NCBI GenBank assembly: GCA_047967505.1
Contig: CM106538.1
Strand: one strand, 5' to 3'
Source of the DNA: Dipteris shenzhenensis
Lineage: Eukaryota
Length of the DNA stretch: 64,000 nucleotides
The first letter of the stretch is position 1. Each line of letters starts with the position of its first letter. The notes below the pieces were generated by a model. That model did no database searches, was not told the origin of the DNA, and saw only the letters and a list, made by a program, of their open reading frames with translations. This document shows positions 57,801 through 64,000 of this stretch, in pieces. Position numbers and translations under genes: made by a program.

Positions 57801-60746
57801 ACCTGCAATGCCACAAAGAAGTGCTTGGCTGCTCGGTTATTGCAACAACATGATCAAATACCCCTGATACATGTAAGGGATACAAAGTCCCACACTTGGC
57901 ACCCCTGGCCAAAAGCATAGAGCCCTTTTGAATTTTCCAACTCTGAAAGCCAAAAGTGGTGTGAAAACCAGCATCATCTAGCTGACCCACTGAAATAAGA
58001 CTCTTGGTCAGCTTAGGCACATGTCTCACATGTTTCAAAACAAATGCAGACCCATTTGCAAAAGAAAACTTTATGTCACCTGCTCCCACTATGTCACATG
58101 CATAGTCATTTCCAAGATGCACACAACCTGTCTTTCCACTATCATAAGTGGAGAACCATTCCCTATGGGGAGTAACATGGAATGAAGCACCAGAATCCAA
58201 AATCCAATCCTGGGAATATGCATCATCTGAAGTGGCAAGCAACTCTGCAGATAAACTAGACATGAAGAGAACATCATTGTCACTATCATGTGTGACTGTA
58301 TTGATCTCCTCAATCTTCACTTTTCCTTTGTCCTCCCTTGGACTCTCTTCCTTTTGATTTGCACCCCAATTTGCATTCTTTTTCTTATCCTTTTGCTCTC
58401 TTTTCATAATCCTTTTTCATATGGCCCTTCTTGCCACAATGGTAACACTCAATGTTCCGTGCCCTGGATTTGCTACGAGACTTCCCTCTTTCTTGGGACT
58501 TCCCCCTGAACTGTGATCTTCCCCTTTGCACATTTAAGGCTGCATCTTGCTTGGAACCATCCATAGACTTCCGTCTAATCTCCTCGGCCAACAGGCTACC
58601 CACAACATCATCAAATTTTAGTACTCCACCAGGTGCAGAGTTACTGACAGCTGTACGGAAGGTATCCCATGAGGATGGCAATGAACATAAGAGAAATATT
58701 GCCTTAGTCTCCACATCAAAATTCATTTTCTGAGCCTGAAGCTGGCTGAAAATAATATTGAATTCATTCAAGTGAGAAGCAATGGAGACCCCTTCCTTCA
58801 TCTGCAGCTCAAACAACCTCTTCATGAGGTAAACTTTATTAGAGGCAGTTTCCTTCTCATAAGTGGCACACAGTTTCTTTCACAAATCTTCAGTAGTCTG
58901 CTCATTTACTACTGTGAAATAAACTGACTCTGCAAGATGAAGTCTAATAGTAGACTTTGCTAATGCATCCAACTCATTCCAATCATCCTCAGACATATTT
59001 GCAGGCTTAGCTTCAATACCTGCCAAGGGTTTAATCTGCTTCTTTTGAATAAGCACATCCCTTATTTGTTCTTTCCACAAAGAAAAGTTTGTCCCATCAA
59101 ACTTTTTAATGCTGAAAAACTCCTTTTCAGGCATGGAAGAGGATGCCATGATGCAAATAAAGCAAAATCCCAAATGCTAGTGCCTGCAAGAGAGAATCAC
59201 ACCAAATACCAGGTGCACCCAAATGTGTATGCCACAATAGAGTGAAATATCACCAAAACTCAAAACTCAAAGCATCTGACTCATGTGCATATACTATGCA
59301 TCCATATGAGCAAATCTGGCCCAAAAAAATGCCAATAAGTGCCAAATGACTCAAGCATAAACACTGTCCACTGGCATATGCATCAATAATGTCTCATCCA
59401 AGAGAGCATAGCACTAACAGTGCGTCACTTGCAATGTGTCAAAGCTGTCCCTCAGCATAAAATAGCATCCATATGCAAAGCGTCCATATAAATAGCATCC
59501 CACAAGGCAATTTGGACCTATCAGCGCATCCAACAAGGAATGCAATGCATCCAAATGGCCTATAAATCATCCACTGCAACCCAATGCATACCACGAATGA
59601 GCGCACACTGCTCAAACTGCAACCAGAGTGATCTGCATAAGGTATGCTCAAGAAATCATAGTCCCACGGTAATGAGCGCTACTGAAAATAGAACCTGAGA
59701 TGCTTCAAAACATGGGCGCCATTGCATAATCAGACTCAGCAAGAAAATCTGCAAATATCTCTCTTCTGCAAGAACTCCAAAATCCCAACCGATGAATGAG
59801 AAATGGGAGTCAACACTTATCCACTGCCATGTGGCATAAATCTAAGGTTTCAAAACCTTAGCATGAAAAATGCATAACAGAGAGACGAAATCGAATACAC
59901 AGAGATTTATAACTCTGAAAATCCTCCACCGAATCACGCAAGAACTGATAGGTAGGGGTTTTTGGGCATCCGGAACGCAATGGGACAGACGGTTTTGGAA
60001 ACCGTGGTCTCAATCACTGGGTCCAACACACGGACTGAAAAACGTTTTTGGAAACAGAGCTATCTGTAAACTCCACCGGAGTGCGAATGATGAGCAACAT
60101 AGAAGTTTTAGGACCTCCTGAGTCCACCGGAACTAACAGATCTGCAAATGGTTGCTCCAAACTTGAGTTCCAACACCCGGGCAAAAAACGCAGGAACTGA
60201 CACAGTGACTCAGAAATCCAATGAAATGATCCCAGATTCAAGAATGAAGGTGTTTCCAAGCTCCTGAAGTGAAGTGGACACCAAAAGCAAGCAATAGTTG
60301 CCTCTACAAGTCAATACGGCGTCTCTGTCATCGAACGGAACAGGGAAAAGCTCAAAAAACGACTTTTTCTTTGAAAGCTCTTAACAGGCTCTCAAAACCA
60401 CTTCGCAAAGCGAAAGTGACTTTTCCAAAGGTTCCTCCAAGGTCTCTGCACACTCGGATGCAAGTAAAGTCACCCACAAAGCTTCCCACAGAGCTTCTCC
60501 TTCCTCCCACAGAGCTGCTGAGCTTCAAGCATTCACGCACGCTCAGCTAGATCACCCGGGCTCTGATACCAGTTGAGAGTGCTCTCAACGGAAGCAAGAA
60601 CGGAAGAAGGAGAGAGAGAGAGACGGAGAGCCACACACGTTTTGGTGGGTGCAGAACCACCCTAATCTTCTTTTTCATTCATTTATATATGTGTTTGAGT
60701 ATTGTACATAACTGGGGTTAAGGCACAGTGACCTTTAACCCCCACA
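54868..60746 (-). mobile_element. Ty1/copia family 2, copy B: full length with TSD
   Basis: 173-bp LTRs 54868-55040 and 60574-60746, identical by eye. TSD CGTGG at 54863-54867 and 60747-60751, PBS at 60560-60571, PPT AGTGGGAGG next to 55040. Confidence 0.97.
55094..59173 (-). pseudogene. gag-pol: Copia gag-pol with one stop and two frameshifts
   Basis: Pieces 58880-59173, 58385-58825, 55969-58407 and 55094-55972 carry LYVDD, DSDYAG and ADMLTKSL. Confidence 0.93.
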
Positions 60747-63700
60747 CGTGGCGGATGGCAGAGAGGCCAAAATGCAAACACAAATGTTGAATGCTACTAC
60801 TGTGGAAAAATGGGACATATGGCTAAAGACTGCTACAAAAAGCAGAATGACATTATGAATGGAAAATTGCAGCAAGGCAATTATGCATCTTCCAGTAGAC
60901 AGGGTGATGACATAAATGAGCATCTATTTATGGTGCAGCATATGACCAATTCTGTGACAAGTGCAGAAGAACGAAATGATGTGTGGTATGTTGACTCAGG
61001 TGCATCAAACCACATGACAGGTCATGCAGAATGGATGCAGGATGCAAGGAAAATGGAAAAACCAGGATTTGTGGAGACTGGTGATGATACTGCACATCCT
61101 ATTGTGCAGATTGGTAAAATTCCTTTGTCTATGCACGATGGGAAAAAGAAATACCTGTCTGATGTATTTCATGTCCCAAACATCACCAAGAACCTGGTTT
61201 CTGTTGGTCAAATGGTTGAGCAGGGCTTGCAGGTCAGATTTAATCCTCATGGATGCTTTGTTGAAGATATGAAAAATAACGGTTGCTTGATAGCAAAAGG
61301 AAAGAAGAAGGGTAGGATGTTTACATTGGATGTGGACATACCTGAATTGATTGCAGCAATGTTTGCACATGGGACCGGTGTAGTTGCAGATATTGATATC
61401 TGGCATAAACGCATTGGTCATGTTAATATACAGCGACTTAAATCAATGCAAGCCCAAAATATTGTTGCAGGATTGCCTAAATTCAAGGTTGCAGAAATGC
61501 ATAAGGTTTGTGAAGCCTGTCAATTTGGAAAACAGGCAAGGAAACCATTTCCTAGGCATGTTCAAGGGAGTAAAAAGCCATTGGAATTAATCCACTCTGA
61601 TGTGTGGACTACTAAAGCTGCATCTATTGGAGGCTGTCACTATTTTGTCACATTTATTGATGACTTAAGCAGAAAACTTTGGGTGTATTTTATGAAAAAG
61701 AAAAGTGAAGTGTTTGGGCACTTCAAAGCTTTTAAAGCTATGGTTGAAAAAGAAATAGGCCTGCAAATAAAATGCCTAAGGTCAGATGGAGGGGGAGAGT
61801 ACCTCTCAAATGAGTTTGCAAGGTTCCTGCAGGAGCATGGCATAAAGCAGCAATATTCATGCAGTCATACCCCACAGCAAAATGGAATTGTAGAAAGGAA
61901 AAACAGGCATATTGGAGAGGTATCTCGGGCCATGCTAAATGAAAAAGATCTACCAGATTATTATTGGGCTGAAGCAGTTGCTACAGCAGTTTATATAATG
62001 AACAGGACTCCCACTACAGCAATACATGGCATGACACCAGACGAGATGTATATTGGTAGGAAACCAGACATTTCTCATTTGAAAATTTTTGGTTGCATTG
62101 CCTATGTCCATGTGCCGGATGAGTTGAGGTCCAAGTTGGATCCAAAGGCTGAGAAGTGCATCTTTATTGGTTATTCTCTGCAGCAGAAAGGGTATAGATG
62201 CTATAACCCTTCTATACGTAAGTTCACAGTGAGCAGAGATGTTGTTTTTTATGAGATGAGCAGCTGGTATAAACCAGTAAATGTGATGATTGATGTAGAT
62301 GCACAAAATGGTAATGCTGCACAAAATTCACAACAGCAATCACAAAATATCAGTGGACCTACAGTGTCCTCTAGCAGTGGTTCACATACTTCGCCATGGA
62401 CAGGTAGATTGAGATCATGAGAATCTCCTCAAAGCAATGCAGATAGTGGTACGCAGGTATCACAAAATGGAAAAGAGAAGGTAGATCAGCCCATGTTTGA
62501 TGTGAATGCAGGTCACTCTTATGTGGATGGTGAATCCAGTGGCTCAGAACAGAGCATTCATGATGAGTTGGGTATTCCTTCTGTTGTTACACCTGCAGTA
62601 AGGAAGACCAGAGATGTTTTGAGAGCACCTGGAAGTGAGCCTATTTTGCGCAGGTCTACCAGGGTTAGGTATCCTATGGATAGGCTGAAATATGATGGAT
62701 TTACAGCCATTCACTATGCCTATATGGTCAAAGTGATACAGGAACCAAAACCCACTTGTTTTGAGCAAGCCATGGGAAATGAAAAATGGGAGAAAGCCAT
62801 GGATGAAGAAATGGATGCCTTGGAAGCAAATGCTACATGGGAATTGGTGCCTTTGCCTAAAGATAAGAATGCAATTGGCTGTAAGTGGGTTTATAAGATC
62901 AAGCACAATGCAGATGGTTCTGTGAACAGATGCAAGGCAAGATTAGTTGTCAAGGGGTATGCACAGACATACGGCATTGATTATGAAGAAACATTCAGTC
63001 CGGTTGCAAGGATGGCAACTGTAAGAGCAGTCATTGCTATGGCTGCATCAAAGGGATGGTCTTTACATCAGATGGATGTAAAGAATGCCTTCTTGCATGG
63101 TGATTTGCAAGAAGAGGTCTTTATGGAGCAGCCAGCAGGTTATGTTCATGCTATTCATCCTGAGTTTGTTTGCAGGTTGAAGAAATCCTTGTATGGCTTG
63201 AAGCAAGCACCTAGAGCATGGTCTGACAAGATAGGATAGTATCTTGTCACTATTGGCTTTCAGATTTCCAAGGCAGATTTCTCACTCTATGTGAGAAAAA
63301 TAGAGAAAGGTATTATGCTGCTTGTCATCTATGTTGATGATTTGATCATCACAGGTGATAGTGATGAAGATATCCTTCATGTGAAAATGCTATTGAAGCA
63401 GAAGTTTGAGATGAAGGATTTGGGAGAGCTGCGTTATTTCTTGGGCATTGAGGTGATTAGATCACCAAGTGGGATACAGCTCTTGCAGAGGCAGTATGGA
63501 TTGGACATGCTGTCCAAATATGGGATGACAGGCTGTAAGCCTATTTCAGTTCCTTTGGAGCAGAATGTGAAGCTGAGCAAGGATGCAGGTGAGCTTCTAG
63601 AAGAACCTACTATGTACAGACGCATAGTAGGAACTTTGATTTATATGACTATTATCAGGCCAGATTTAAGCTATGCTGTTGGATTGGTAAGTTAGTTTAT

Positions 63701-64000
63701 GCAGGCTCCAAGGAAACCGCATTTGGATGCGGCTAGACGCATACTCAGGTATGTGAAGTCCACATTGCAGTATGGACTATTTTATGAGGCTGGGGTTCAG
63801 ATACAGTTGCATGGATACACTGATGCTGATTGGGCTGGTAGTATTTCTGATAGACGATCTACCAGTGGATATGTGTTCTCTTTTGGGAGTGCTGCAGTCA
63901 CTTGGAGCAGCAAGAAACAGCCTACAGTTGCCTTGTCGAGCACAGAGGCTGAGTACAGGGGTGCAGCAATGGCTGCATGTGAGGTAGCTTGGTTGCATAA

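Larger units (their letters stand above)
54671..64000 (+). mobile_element. Ty1/copia family 1, copy 3: gag piece 54671-54867, interrupted by family 2 copy B, resumes at 60752 and runs off the window
   Basis: Matches copies 1 and 2 on both sides of the insertion. ORFs 60810-62420, 62493-63239 and 63291-63695 are separated by stops. Confidence 0.93.

Overview
Repeat-dense plant nuclear DNA (Arabidopsis-type TTTAGGG repeats, GT-AG introns, tRNA-iMet-primed Ty1/copia elements) with no recognisable ordinary host gene. The main object is a 17.7-kb TIR DNA transposon (28936-46624) with perfect 26-bp TIRs and a 4-bp AATC target-site duplication, inserted in a Gypsy gag-protease remnant. A second, inverted and truncated copy lies at 541-12614. 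The element encodes a Sola-like DDD transposase (intact 1236-1254 aa ORF in the left copy, disabled in the right). It also carries a divergent 8-exon cargo gene of about 1700 codons that the ORF track shows only in fragments: a ParB/Srx-like IDGQH domain, a degenerate beta-class N4/N6 DNA-methyltransferase-like region and two tandem Ulp1/C48 SUMO-protease domains. A third small helical ORF sits near the left end. Between the two main genes are about 1 kb of telomeric repeats, about 1 kb of (GGGAGT)n of opposite strand polarity, and about 2.3 kb of GA-rich DNA studded with a 16-bp palindrome. The rest of the window is nested Ty1/copia elements of three families (two complete with TSDs), Gypsy remnants, a further LTR remnant and a Sola2-like transposase relic. 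Domain calls are by-eye motif recognition and need HMM or structure confirmation.
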